A DNA stretch of 64,000 nt from a bacterium (GTDB lineage Bacteria > Pseudomonadota > Alphaproteobacteria > Rhizobiales > JAKIUO01): the NCBI GenBank assembly GCA_024228495.1, contig JAAETJ010000391.1:2491-66490 (forward strand), read 5' to 3'. A model generated the notes under the pieces. It was not told where the DNA came from and did not search any database. It saw nothing but the letters and a program-made list of their open reading frames with translations. The translations under genes and the position numbers were made by a program. Below, piece by piece: positions 28,439 to 38,673 of the stretch (position 1 is the stretch's first letter; every line of letters begins with the position of its first letter).

Positions 28439-29194
28439 ATGAAAATAAGCGAGCAGGAAAAGCAACAGAATCGGCAGAGAATTCTCAAAGCCGCCGCTGA
28501 TGTAATCATTGAAAAAAGCTTCAAATCCGCCTCCATGCGCGAGATTGCGCGCCGTGCGGGTATCGGGGACGCAACGATCTACAATTATTTCCCCAGCAAG
28601 GAAAGGCTGCTCTATGGCTATTGCGAAGATGTGCAACAGCGAACCATGAGCGCCCTCAAAGAGATTGAGGATTTCCATACCTATTCCTTGCAAGAACAGT
28701 TGCATCAGCTGATCGAGACCGAGCTGAAAGTCTGGCTGCCCGCACGCGAATTTTTGCAACAGGTTTTTACCCTCACTTATTATTCTCCGGCCACTGGCAT
28801 CACTCACCTGGCTGAGACAAGGCGCCTCAACAAGAAAATGGTCACGGATATGCTGGAGGCAGCGATTGAAGCGGGAGAAGTACCTGATCAACCCTATCGC
28901 GAGTTATTGCCACGTCTGTTTTGGGATTATCAGACCGGCATCCTCGCCTACTGGCTACGGGACACCTCAAAAGATTTCGAAAACACCACGCAATTGCTCG
29001 ACAAAAGTATGGGCATCGTCGCAACCTTTCTGCAGCAAGGGCTTGTTGGAAAAAGTCTTGATCTGATGTCGTTCCTATTCCGTACTCATATCATGAGCCA
29101 TCTCGACAGTTTCGTCGAATTCAACGAAACCGCCTCAAAGGTCAAGCGCCGTTTTATGGAGGGGGATGATGAATCAAAAACTTCCCGAAGGTAA
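28439..29194 (+). CDS. TetR/AcrR-family transcriptional regulator
   Basis: N-terminal HTH RQRILKAAADVIIEKSFKSASMREIARRAGIGDATIYNYFPSKE. Confidence 0.85.
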   Translation: MKISEQEKQQNRQRILKAAADVIIEKSFKSASMREIARRAGIGDATIYNYFPSKERLLYGYCEDVQQRTMSALKEIEDFHTYSLQEQLHQLIETELKVWLPAREFLQQVFTLTYYSPATGITHLAETRRLNKKMVTDMLEAAIEAGEVPDQPYRELLPRLFWDYQTGILAYWLRDTSKDFENTTQLLDKSMGIVATFLQQGLVGKSLDLMSFLFRTHIMSHLDSFVEFNETASKVKRRFMEGDDESKTSRR

Positions 29195-30473
29195 ACTGGC
29201 GCGTGCAAAAGTCGCTGGCGCCGCCGTGCTTAAAGTTGGCGCTGGCGAGCTACAGCACAAGGTCAAGCAGGCTTTTCTTTCATCGACCAATGAGCACCAG
29301 ACCAAGCAAGAGCTCGCCAAAAAAAATGCAGCAATCCTGTTTGGCGCCATGAGCCAATTGCGTGGCACCACCCTCAAGATTGCCCAGATAATCGGCATGG
29401 AACTCGACCTTCTGCCCGCCTCCTATCAAAACGAGTTGAAAAAGAGTTTCTATCAGGTACCACCGCTTAACAAGGTGCTGATCCGAAAAGTGATGATTGA
29501 GCAATTAGGACACTCCCCGGAAAAACTGTACGCCAGTTTTGATACGTCTGCTTTTGCCGCTGCCAGCCTTGGGCAGGTACATCAAGCCAAGCTACCCGAT
29601 GGCACGCAGCTGGCGGTCAAGGTACAGTATCCCGGTATCGGTACCGCTATTGATAGTGACCTTGCCATGGTGCGCTCCCTTGTACGCAAACTGCGCGACG
29701 CCAAAATCATTCTACAATCTCTTGATGAAATCGAGGATCGCCTCAAGGAAGAGGTCAACTATCGGATCGAACGAAAGAATACCAACTGGTTCCGCGTTCA
29801 TGTAAAACTGGAGGGTATAAATATTCCGCGCGTCTACGACGAATTCAGTGCCCAACATGTCTTAACAACACAATATATGCCAGGCCGCCATCTTGATGCA
29901 TGGCTGTTCAGAAATCCCAGCAAGCAACTACGAAACAGGGCCGCGCAAACGCTCTATGATTTTTTTGTGCACAGCGCCCGTGATCTGCAATGCCTGCACG
30001 CTGATCCCAACCCCGGCAACTATCTGTTTACCGATGATGGCTCCCTCAATGTACTCGATTTTGGCTGCGTGCGTCATTTGTCCGATCATTTCACACACGT
30101 ATTTCCGCAATTGCTGCTGGCTTATCTGCATGGAGATCGTCAAGCACTGGTGCAGGCTTACAGCGATATCGGCATGTCTTTTGAAAACCTCTCACCAAAA
30201 ATGTATGAGCATCTATTCCGTCCATTTGGCGCATGGGTGACAGAACCGTTTGTTCACGACAGCTATGATTTTGGGGCTAACAAGGATTACACCAAACGCG
30301 GTCAGGAACTGATGATGATGTTCTCACAAAGCCTAGACAGCCCGGATTATGTCGCCAAAGAATTCATCTTTTTTAACCGCACAATCTACGGCCTTTGTAA
30401 AATTTTCGAGCGCATGGGAGCCTCCGTTCGCATGCGCCATCACTGGGTTGAAGAAAAGGAGTACACAATATGA
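29166..30473 (+). CDS. ABC1/UbiB/AarF-family atypical kinase
   Basis: AAASLGQVHQAKLPDGTQLAVKVQYPGI, LHADPNPGNYLF, LDFG: the ABC1 kinase-like signatures. Start overlaps the TetR gene tail. Confidence 0.85.
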   Translation: MMNQKLPEGKLARAKVAGAAVLKVGAGELQHKVKQAFLSSTNEHQTKQELAKKNAAILFGAMSQLRGTTLKIAQIIGMELDLLPASYQNELKKSFYQVPPLNKVLIRKVMIEQLGHSPEKLYASFDTSAFAAASLGQVHQAKLPDGTQLAVKVQYPGIGTAIDSDLAMVRSLVRKLRDAKIILQSLDEIEDRLKEEVNYRIERKNTNWFRVHVKLEGINIPRVYDEFSAQHVLTTQYMPGRHLDAWLFRNPSKQLRNRAAQTLYDFFVHSARDLQCLHADPNPGNYLFTDDGSLNVLDFGCVRHLSDHFTHVFPQLLLAYLHGDRQALVQAYSDIGMSFENLSPKMYEHLFRPFGAWVTEPFVHDSYDFGANKDYTKRGQELMMMFSQSLDSPDYVAKEFIFFNRTIYGLCKIFERMGASVRMRHHWVEEKEYTI

Positions 30474-31042
30474 CATTGATATTTTTGGGCCTGGCCTTGT
30501 GGTATGGCCTGCATTTCATGCCCGCCACCAAACCCCGCTTTCGCAGCAAGCTCATCAAGGCAATGGGACCAAACATTTATGCGGGCGCCTTTACACTTGG
30601 GCTGATTGGCTCAATTGTGCTTATGGTGATGGGCTGGCGCTCTGCCGTTCAATGGAGTGTTTACACACTGCCAGGGTGGACGGTACTCACCGGCGTCGCG
30701 CTTGTCTTTATTGGCGTAATCTTGTTTGGCTTTGGCTTTGACAAGCGCATGCAAACCAACCTCAAACGCTATATCCGTCATCTGCAGCTTACCGGCATGC
30801 TTTTATGGGCTGCGGGTCACCTTGTTCTAAATGGCGATAATCGCTCCGTCCTCTTGTTTGGTGGCCTCGGTCTTTGGGCGATCATCATGAGAGTGCTGGT
30901 GAACCGCCGCGACGGCGCGTGGAGCAAACCCGACAGAGTGCCGTTGGGGCGCGAATTTGTTCCAGCCGTCATCGCCCTTGGCTTTGCTGCTGGATTTGTT
31001 TTTAGTCATCCCTACCTGTCCGGCGTCACGTTGTTCAATTAA
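30470..31042 (+). CDS. NnrU-family membrane protein
   Basis: MTLIFLGLALWYGLHFMP...F..K..K.MG...Y...F N-terminus and 5 TM segments typical of NnrU. ATGA overlap with the kinase gene. SD AAAGGAG. Confidence 0.7.
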   Translation: MTLIFLGLALWYGLHFMPATKPRFRSKLIKAMGPNIYAGAFTLGLIGSIVLMVMGWRSAVQWSVYTLPGWTVLTGVALVFIGVILFGFGFDKRMQTNLKRYIRHLQLTGMLLWAAGHLVLNGDNRSVLLFGGLGLWAIIMRVLVNRRDGAWSKPDRVPLGREFVPAVIALGFAAGFVFSHPYLSGVTLFN

Positions 31043-31965
31043 CGCACGCGCGGCAACAACCGCATAATCAGCGCGATCAACAAAGCGGCAAAAACCACCC
31101 GCGCAAAGAGGATACCTGTAAGATCGCCGCCAATCAGCACGATCAGCAAGGTGTCCTCGATCAAGGAGTGGCACACAGCCAGCAGTGACATGGACCCGAA
31201 AATATCGCGCTTTGAGATATCGCCTTTTTTGGCTTCATTTATCAACAGGCCGCCACCATAGGTCAGTCCCAGCGTCATACCGATAATGGTGATGGATGTG
31301 GTGCGCTCGCCAAGTCCCAAAAACCTCAAAACAGGCAGCAACAGCCGCGCAAACAGATTTTCGATGCCACTCCATTTCAGCCCACGCAAAAACACAACCA
31401 GAATGGCAATAATCACAAAGACCTGAAAAAGCGCCACAAGCTGTCCCATTGACCATGCCTGCAAGCTATCATCGAGAACAGGGGCTGGCTTCCAAAGCGC
31501 TTCACTGGATTGCGATAGAAAATTCCCCGAGCTGTATATATGATGCAATATGAACCCCAGCACCAAGGCCCCAACAATTCGCAAGACAAGCGTGTACAAA
31601 AGACCAATGCCAGCTTTTTGGGCGATGCGTCCTTCAATCGGCAAGGAATGCGCCACCAGCATCATGGTGCCAAGCACTGTCACCTGCGCGACGCTCAAAG
31701 ACTCTGTCAAAGGCATGGTGACAAAGATGATCATGCCGCCATAAATATTGACGATCATAGTGGTCGCCCATACCAGCCCCATACTGGCTGGCAGCCCTAC
31801 CAGTTTCATCACGGGCCCAATTACTGCGGATATATAGTCGATCCCGCCCAGCTCTTCGATCAGCTTGACAAGGATGATCACCGGGATCATCAACTTGAAC
31901 AGATCATAGGTGATGCCGAGGATTTCTCTTGCTAGACCTGTCAGCCACTTGATCATCGGTTGCAT
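31039..31965 (-). CDS. Nucleoside-recognition (FeoB gate-like) domain membrane protein
   Basis: Polytopic protein with GLP..MG.VW/GGMI.. and LLAVCHSLIEDTLL motifs reminiscent of Gate-domain proteins. ATG 31965 preferred over the track start 32130. Confidence 0.6.
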   Translation of the reverse strand: MQPMIKWLTGLAREILGITYDLFKLMIPVIILVKLIEELGGIDYISAVIGPVMKLVGLPASMGLVWATTMIVNIYGGMIIFVTMPLTESLSVAQVTVLGTMMLVAHSLPIEGRIAQKAGIGLLYTLVLRIVGALVLGFILHHIYSSGNFLSQSSEALWKPAPVLDDSLQAWSMGQLVALFQVFVIIAILVVFLRGLKWSGIENLFARLLLPVLRFLGLGERTTSITIIGMTLGLTYGGGLLINEAKKGDISKRDIFGSMSLLAVCHSLIEDTLLIVLIGGDLTGILFARVVFAALLIALIMRLLPRVR

Positions 31966-32391
31966 ATAAATTGAACCTTTTGCGTTCCCCAAACGACAAA
32001 CCAGGCACAACACTTGTTTCCCGGTATTTCTTTTGGACCATATGAACATGAGCCATTCGTCAATCCACTTTGCTAATGCAATCATCTTCGCTCTTTTGTC
32101 AATCTCGATAACACATAGCGCTTCCAGCACCTCTTATAAAAAATGCTTTTATCGCTGGGCAGTTGGCTATGATAAAAACGCACAGGTAGCTTTCAGAAAC
32201 GCCGTTGCATTCTGGAACGCAAAATCTCAGGGCTATTTGAATATTCCAGGGGCCAGTTAGAGGCTTCATCGAACAAACAAGGTTACATCAAGAAGATCAT
32301 ACTTAATGGTGTAAAAATCCATTTTGCACGTGTTTACACTCTCCTAAAGCTTATCATCTAAGGTGAAGCAAGAAATGAGAGATAAACAGCA

Positions 32392-34005
32392 ATGACAAAA
32401 CGCCACGCAATTCAGTTTTCGCTGATCCTATTGATCACCGTATCTTTTATCACGATCACTCATCTGATCTATGCCAATATCATATTGGCCTGGAACAAAT
32501 TGCAGCTCGAAGACCTTGCTGCCCGTATGGTTTTGCGTACAGAACTTGCAACAGACCTTGCCGTCAACACAATTATCGGCATTCAAACAGCCGGTCAGAC
32601 CACATGTACCGCTGACACAATCGCTGCATTCAAGAGCTATGTCATGTCAGTTGGCGCACTCAAGGATATTCGCATGCGATCCGCCGGTACTAAATGTGCT
32701 GTTTTTTCATCTGATCACCTGCAAACCGATCTCGATGCAATAGATAGCTGGGAGAGCAGCCTCAACTCAACCATTCAGTTGGCCGTGCTGACGACTGACA
32801 AGGAGCGTACCCTGTCTGTGTTATGGAGGGGGAGCGACCACGAAATCGTCGCAGTCATTAGCACGGGAGGTCTGCTTTTCGATATGATCCCCTCTGGTCT
32901 TCGCTCTGATCTATCGACACAAGTTACCCTAAATAGTGGCAAAAAACTAGCCACTTACCTACTGGAAAACAAACATGAGGGTGGTCAGTCGACCACATCT
33001 GATGATCTGCGTTTTACTGCCTACTCGAAGCGCTACCCCATCAAAGCGCAACTACGTATCGATAAAAATGCTATAGGCGACTGGAACAAGAAATACACAA
33101 GCCTCATAGGTCTGCTTGTAGGCATGATCGGGTTATTTCTTGGTTTGCTTACAGCTCGCGCCCTGTTTCCACCGCTCGGTGCCATCGATGAAATTGATAC
33201 CGCCATCACCAACGGAGAATTCGTTCCCTATTTCCAGCCAATTATTGACCTGAAATCCAGCCAGATCAGTGGCTTTGAGATGCTGGCGCGCTGGATTAAG
33301 CCCGATGGCGAAATCATATCACCCGGCAGATTCATCCCATTGGCTGAAAATTTTGATCGCGTTGATGCGATACTGTTCTCCTTGCTGCACTCGGCCGGAT
33401 TGTCATTAGCATCTGAACTGCGTACCAATTCCGATCTCAAACTGACTTTCAACCTGACGCCAGCACAATTTCTCGACCCGACATTTCTGCCCCGCTTGCT
33501 CAAAGTCATCAACTTAGCGGGATTATCTCCACAATGCCTCGTTGCCGAGATTACCGAGAGACAGGAGATTGCCGATCTTGAACTCGCCAGTCAGACAATC
33601 GCTCAATATCATAAACATGGCTTGCGCATCGCCATTGATGATGCTGGTACCGGCCATAATGGCCTGTCGTCCATTCAAACACTTGATGTTGGCACCTTGA
33701 AGCTCGACAAAATTTTCATTGACGGCATTGTCGACAATCAAAGGTCGCAGCAAATGATCGAGTTGCTGGTCAATCTTGCACGCCAATATCACATGACCAT
33801 TGTTGCCGAAGGCATTGAACAGCCTGAACAGGCGGTTGCTGCCCTGTCTATGGGCATTTCGGAAGGTCAGGGTTTTTATTTCTCAAAACCGATCCCAGCC
33901 AAAGACCTGCTCTCGCTGCTCAATGAACAGCGCCAACCTCTTATCCAGAACAATACCCCGTCAATGCGCAAAAAATCAACACGCGACCTCAGCATCGCCA
34001 GCTAA
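32392..34005 (+). CDS. Membrane-bound c-di-GMP phosphodiesterase: periplasmic CSS-motif-like sensor + EAL domain
   Basis: TM-periplasmic domain-TM layout with conserved Cys residues. EAL signatures FEMLARW, EITE, DDAGTG, VAEGIE, QGFYFSKP. Confidence 0.85.
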   Translation: MTKRHAIQFSLILLITVSFITITHLIYANIILAWNKLQLEDLAARMVLRTELATDLAVNTIIGIQTAGQTTCTADTIAAFKSYVMSVGALKDIRMRSAGTKCAVFSSDHLQTDLDAIDSWESSLNSTIQLAVLTTDKERTLSVLWRGSDHEIVAVISTGGLLFDMIPSGLRSDLSTQVTLNSGKKLATYLLENKHEGGQSTTSDDLRFTAYSKRYPIKAQLRIDKNAIGDWNKKYTSLIGLLVGMIGLFLGLLTARALFPPLGAIDEIDTAITNGEFVPYFQPIIDLKSSQISGFEMLARWIKPDGEIISPGRFIPLAENFDRVDAILFSLLHSAGLSLASELRTNSDLKLTFNLTPAQFLDPTFLPRLLKVINLAGLSPQCLVAEITERQEIADLELASQTIAQYHKHGLRIAIDDAGTGHNGLSSIQTLDVGTLKLDKIFIDGIVDNQRSQQMIELLVNLARQYHMTIVAEGIEQPEQAVAALSMGISEGQGFYFSKPIPAKDLLSLLNEQRQPLIQNNTPSMRKKSTRDLSIAS

Positions 34006-34118
34006 CAAAAAACCCCTTACAGCGACGGATAATCTTATGTTATGCGTAAGGCCAATGAATTGCGGCTGTGGCCATGCCATAGATAGCCGCACTTTGATGC
34101 CAAAGGGAGTAGAAAATC

Positions 34119-35498
34119 ATGGCGACGAGCTGGAAGCGGCGCATCCTTATTTTGCCACCAATTATCCTGGCTGTATTGCTACTTGCATTGGTGCTCAAGA
34201 ATAAAAAGGCACCCGAGCAAATCAAGGTCATTGAGCAATCGCGCTCTGTTCGCACGATTTCAATCACTCCCACCAGTGCGGTGCCACGTATTCTTGGCTA
34301 TGGTGTTGTGGAGCCCGGGCGGGTTTGGAATGCAGTTGCTCAGGTTTCAGGCCGCATCATCAAGGTGCATCCCAAGTTCAAAAAGGGCGCCTACTTAAAA
34401 AAGGGCACCCAAATCGTCCAGATTGCTCCCGACGATTACAGGATCGCCATCACCCAGGCAAAAGCCAATATACGCGCTGCAGATGCTAAGCTCAAAGAAC
34501 TCAAACTTGGCAAGGGCAACACCGAAGCCTCACTGGCCATTGAACGTCAGTCTCTTGCCATCAATGAGCGAGAATACAAGCGTTCCTTGAGCCTTAAAAA
34601 GCGTGGCACTATCGCCCAGGCGACCCTCGACAAGGAATATCGCAATCTTCTCAATCAGCGCAAGCGAGTGCTGGATTTCGAAAACACCCTCAAACTCATC
34701 CCAACACAGATCAGCGCCCAGATCGAGCAAAAAGCTATTTCGGTATCGCAAGAGGAAACCGCCCGTCTCAATCTGGGCCGCACCAAAATCACCCTGCCCT
34801 TCGATGCCCGCATTGCCACAGCCAATGTGGAAGTCACTCAATTTGTTGGTGCCGGTACCAGTCTTGGTACCATTGATAGTATTGCACGCGCTGAAATACC
34901 CGCGCAAATTCCCATGACGCAATTTCGCGGACTGTTGAAAGCTGCAGCACAGGGCGCCACCCCAAAACCCCAGGAGATCAACGAAGGCGCCATCTCTAAA
35001 CTTGCAAAACATCTGGGCATGAAAGCGCTGGTACGCGTCCGTTTTAACGAGAATGTGGTTGAATGGCCCGCAACTGTCGTGCGCATCAGCGATACTGTCG
35101 ATCCAAAAACCCGCACCATCGGCGCCATTGTCTCAGTCGACGAAGCCTATAAACATGTTATTCCGGGTGAGCGCCCTCCTCTCGTTAAAGGCATGTTTAT
35201 GGAAGTTGAGATCAGTACAAGAAAGCTTGAAAACCAGATCGTTATTCCGCGCTCGGCCCTCCACGCCGGCAAAGTGTATCTGGTGGACGATAGAAACCGC
35301 TTGGTGATCAAGCCAGTGCGCGTCAAGCTGGTGCAAGGAGACTTTGTCATCATTGCGAGCGGCTTGTCCGCAAAGGACCAGATCATCGTTAGTGACCTGA
35401 GCCCGGCCATCAAGGGCATGTTGCTAAAGACAAAGAATGATGCCACAGTCAGCTCCCGCTTGAAGAATCAGGCAAGCGGCAAAGGGACAGTGCGATGA
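34119..35498 (+). CDS. RND efflux periplasmic adaptor (MFP/HlyD family)
   Basis: N-terminal anchor, coiled-coil hairpin region (AKANIRAADAKLKELK...), beta-barrel C-terminus. ATGA overlap with the downstream RND pump. Confidence 0.88.
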   Translation: MATSWKRRILILPPIILAVLLLALVLKNKKAPEQIKVIEQSRSVRTISITPTSAVPRILGYGVVEPGRVWNAVAQVSGRIIKVHPKFKKGAYLKKGTQIVQIAPDDYRIAITQAKANIRAADAKLKELKLGKGNTEASLAIERQSLAINEREYKRSLSLKKRGTIAQATLDKEYRNLLNQRKRVLDFENTLKLIPTQISAQIEQKAISVSQEETARLNLGRTKITLPFDARIATANVEVTQFVGAGTSLGTIDSIARAEIPAQIPMTQFRGLLKAAAQGATPKPQEINEGAISKLAKHLGMKALVRVRFNENVVEWPATVVRISDTVDPKTRTIGAIVSVDEAYKHVIPGERPPLVKGMFMEVEISTRKLENQIVIPRSALHAGKVYLVDDRNRLVIKPVRVKLVQGDFVIIASGLSAKDQIIVSDLSPAIKGMLLKTKNDATVSSRLKNQASGKGTVR

Positions 35499-38400
35499 TA
35501 CGTTATTTCGCTGGCCATCCAACGATTGCCAATCTGCTCATGCTATTGTTTTTTGCAATCGGACTGGCTGCCACCCCAAGTATGCAGCGTGAAACCTTTC
35601 CGCGTATTGACGGACGCAAGGTACAGATCAGCATTGCCTATCCAGGGGCACGAGCGGAAGATATCGAAGAAGCCGTCTGCAGGCGCATTGAAGATGCGGT
35701 TGCCAGCATAGACAATGTCTATGAAGTACAGTGCGAAGCGCGCGAAAACCTGGCGCTTTCCGTCGTTGAAATGGTTGAGGGCAATAATCTCGATCGCTTC
35801 TTCGCAGATGTAACAGCTGAAGTTGAGGCCATTGAAGACTTTCCCGACAAAACGGAAGCACCCATTCTCAATATATTGGGGCGCACCGATTTTGTTGCCG
35901 ATATCGCCCTTACCGGCACCTCTGACCCGTCTCAGCTCAAAGCCTATGCAGAAGATTTAAAGGCCCGTATGCTGGCGTCCGGCGGCATTCCAAAAGTCGA
36001 TATAGAAGGGTTCTCAGAGCATCAGATCCGCATTGAGCTTGCAGATACCGTGTTGCGCCAATATGGCCTGTCTCTGGACGGTATCGCTGGCCTTATCTCG
36101 CGTCAAAGCCTTGATCTGCCAGCAGGCTCCATTGAGACCCGCGATGGCGAAGTTCTAGTGCGAGTTGCCGAAGAGCGCAAGCGGTTGCATGAATTTCTAG
36201 ATCTCATTGTCATTTCGGGAACCGCCGGGGGACAGGTTCGGCTCGGTGATATCGCCACCATCAGCGACCGCTTTGATCTCGACGAAGAAAAAACATTGTT
36301 CAACGGCAAGCGCGCTGCGATCCTGAAAATCACCAAGACCCAGAACGAAGATACACTCAACGTTATTGATACGGTCAGAAAATTTATCGAACAAGAAAAT
36401 AAGACGGCCCCGCCCAGCGTCCGTCTCGATATCACCAATGATGGCTCATCCATCGTCCGTGACCGCTTGCAACTACTTTTGAATAACGGCCTTTTGGGAC
36501 TGTTACTGGTATTCCTGGTCATGCTGCTATTCTTTGGTTTTAATTATGCGTTCTGGATTACCATGGGCCTACCTGTGTCTATTATGGGGGCTTTTGCCAT
36601 CATGGTGGGCCTTGGATATTCGCTCAACATGTTCACAATGGTCGCGCTTTTGATGGTCATTGGCCTGTTGATGGATGATGCCATTGTCATATCTGAAAAT
36701 ATCGCGGCGCACAGCGAAAAGGGGGCTGATCCGGTCGATGCTGCGGTAAAAGGCACATTGCAGGTCATGCCGGGCATCTTGTCATCCTTTGGCACCACAG
36801 CCTGTATTTTTGGTTCCCTTGCTTTCCTCAAAGGTGACATCGGTGCGATCTTGAAAATTGTGCCCGTCGTCATGCTGGCCGTTTTGATCATCTCCCTGGT
36901 CGAAGCTTTTCTTATTTTACCCAATCATCTTGGCCATGCCCTTTCCAAATCGAACGATGAAAAATCATTCCTGATGCGCAATACAGATCGGTTTGTCGAC
37001 TGGATGCGCGAGCGGGTCGTTGGCCGTTTTGTAGATATCACTGTGGCTTGGCGCTATCTGACCACTGGCATCGCAATCGCCATGCTGTTGCTGGCCATAA
37101 CTGCCATGGCTGGTGGCATATTGAAATTCACCCCCTTCCCCAATCTTGAAGGCAATACGATTGAAGCGCGTTTGTTACTGCCACAAGGCACACCTCTGGC
37201 GCGCACAGAGGCGACTATTTTGCAGCTCACCAATGCCCTGCGGGGGATGGATGGCGAGCTTCGCAAAAACGAACCGAACCAGCAAAGCCTGCTTAGAAAT
37301 GTCACTGTTTTGTTTAACCAAAACAAGGATGCCTTTGAGCAAGGAAAGCATCTGGCGACCATTCGGGTTGATCTCGTCGACAGCGAAACACGCCATTCGC
37401 GCAATGACGCAATCTTGTCCCTGTGGCGCAAAAATGCCGGCCTGTTGACCGATGTCCTCACCTTGAAATTTGCCGAACCTACCGATGGTCCAGGTGGCAA
37501 AGCCATTGAGATCCGGCTGCTTGGCCGTGATCTGCAAGCTCTTAAATCAGCATCGCTCGATCTACAAAGCTGGCTGCGACGCTATAAAGGCGTGGATGAT
37601 ATTGCCGACGATCTGCGGCCCGGCAAACCAGAATTTGCCGTTCGCTTACGTGAAAGCGCCACAAGTCTTGGTCTCGATAGCAAAATCATCGCCGATCAAC
37701 TGCGCTCGGCATTATTTGGGCGCTCGATTTCCAATATTCAATTGGAAGCGGAATCCTACGAGGTCAATGTCAGACTGCGCCCTCAGGACAAAAACAGTCT
37801 TGCCGATCTGGATTATTTTACAATTTCCACCGGTGCCGGTGATCAGATCCCCCTATCATCTATTGCCGATATTGAGCGTGCTCGCGGCTATTCGCGTATC
37901 AATCGCATCAATGGAGCTCGCACGGTCACCATATCGGGGGAGCTCGACAGTCTCACCACCAATACCAATGAAGTGCTATCCGATATGCAAAAGCGCTTTA
38001 TCCCGCAATTCCTGAAACGTCACCCCGCCGTCAAAATTTCGCTGGAAGGAGAAAACAAGGAAACCGGAAAAACTCAAAAAAGCATGATCATCGGTTTCGC
38101 TATGGGCCTGGCAGGTGTGTTTTTGCTGCTCAGCTTCCAGTTTCGTAGCTATATTGAACCGCTTGTCGTAATGATCGTCATCCCCTTTGCTTTTATCGGC
38201 GCTGTGGGCGGTCACATATTTATGGGCATCGATTTCACCATGCCGAGTATGCTTGGATTTGTAGCGCTGGCGGGCGTTGTGGTCAATGACAGTATTTTGC
38301 TGATCAATTTCATCAAGGATAGTCACGGCCCTGATACCACCGTTGCGCAAGCTGCACCTATCGCGGCCCGCGCAAGATTCCGGGCCATCTTGTTAACCTC

Positions 38401-38617
38401 CCTCACTACCATTGCCGGACTATTGCCAATGCTCACCGAAACCAGTTTGCAGGCGCAAATCCTCATTCCGCTTGTCACCTCGCTAGCATTCGGGCTGATC
38501 GCCTCCACCATTCTGGTACTGTTCGTTGTGCCTGCGATCTATGCCATTCTCGATGATTTTGGCCTGAGCGCTCTGGCCAGGGAAAGACACGCTGCGCGAA
38601 CTGATGAGGCCCATTAA
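35495..38617 (+). CDS. RND-family efflux permease (AcrB/CzcA superfamily)
   Basis: 1040 residues, 12-TM pattern with two large periplasmic loops. LLMDDAIVISENI and VNDSILLINF motifs in TM4/TM10. Confidence 0.92.
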   Translation: MIRYFAGHPTIANLLMLLFFAIGLAATPSMQRETFPRIDGRKVQISIAYPGARAEDIEEAVCRRIEDAVASIDNVYEVQCEARENLALSVVEMVEGNNLDRFFADVTAEVEAIEDFPDKTEAPILNILGRTDFVADIALTGTSDPSQLKAYAEDLKARMLASGGIPKVDIEGFSEHQIRIELADTVLRQYGLSLDGIAGLISRQSLDLPAGSIETRDGEVLVRVAEERKRLHEFLDLIVISGTAGGQVRLGDIATISDRFDLDEEKTLFNGKRAAILKITKTQNEDTLNVIDTVRKFIEQENKTAPPSVRLDITNDGSSIVRDRLQLLLNNGLLGLLLVFLVMLLFFGFNYAFWITMGLPVSIMGAFAIMVGLGYSLNMFTMVALLMVIGLLMDDAIVISENIAAHSEKGADPVDAAVKGTLQVMPGILSSFGTTACIFGSLAFLKGDIGAILKIVPVVMLAVLIISLVEAFLILPNHLGHALSKSNDEKSFLMRNTDRFVDWMRERVVGRFVDITVAWRYLTTGIAIAMLLLAITAMAGGILKFTPFPNLEGNTIEARLLLPQGTPLARTEATILQLTNALRGMDGELRKNEPNQQSLLRNVTVLFNQNKDAFEQGKHLATIRVDLVDSETRHSRNDAILSLWRKNAGLLTDVLTLKFAEPTDGPGGKAIEIRLLGRDLQALKSASLDLQSWLRRYKGVDDIADDLRPGKPEFAVRLRESATSLGLDSKIIADQLRSALFGRSISNIQLEAESYEVNVRLRPQDKNSLADLDYFTISTGAGDQIPLSSIADIERARGYSRINRINGARTVTISGELDSLTTNTNEVLSDMQKRFIPQFLKRHPAVKISLEGENKETGKTQKSMIIGFAMGLAGVFLLLSFQFRSYIEPLVVMIVIPFAFIGAVGGHIFMGIDFTMPSMLGFVALAGVVVNDSILLINFIKDSHGPDTTVAQAAPIAARARFRAILLTSLTTIAGLLPMLTETSLQAQILIPLVTSLAFGLIASTILVLFVVPAIYAILDDFGLSALARERHAARTDEAH

Positions 38618-38673
38618 AAGATATACACTCATCCACGGTTGCAGCTCATTCGATCTTCTCCTAAAACCGGCCT

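Noticed and set aside
38618-38673. preQ1 riboswitch upstream of queC
   Set aside because: The spacer is only 56 nt, and I could not fit the preQ1-I/II consensus stem and A-rich tail.
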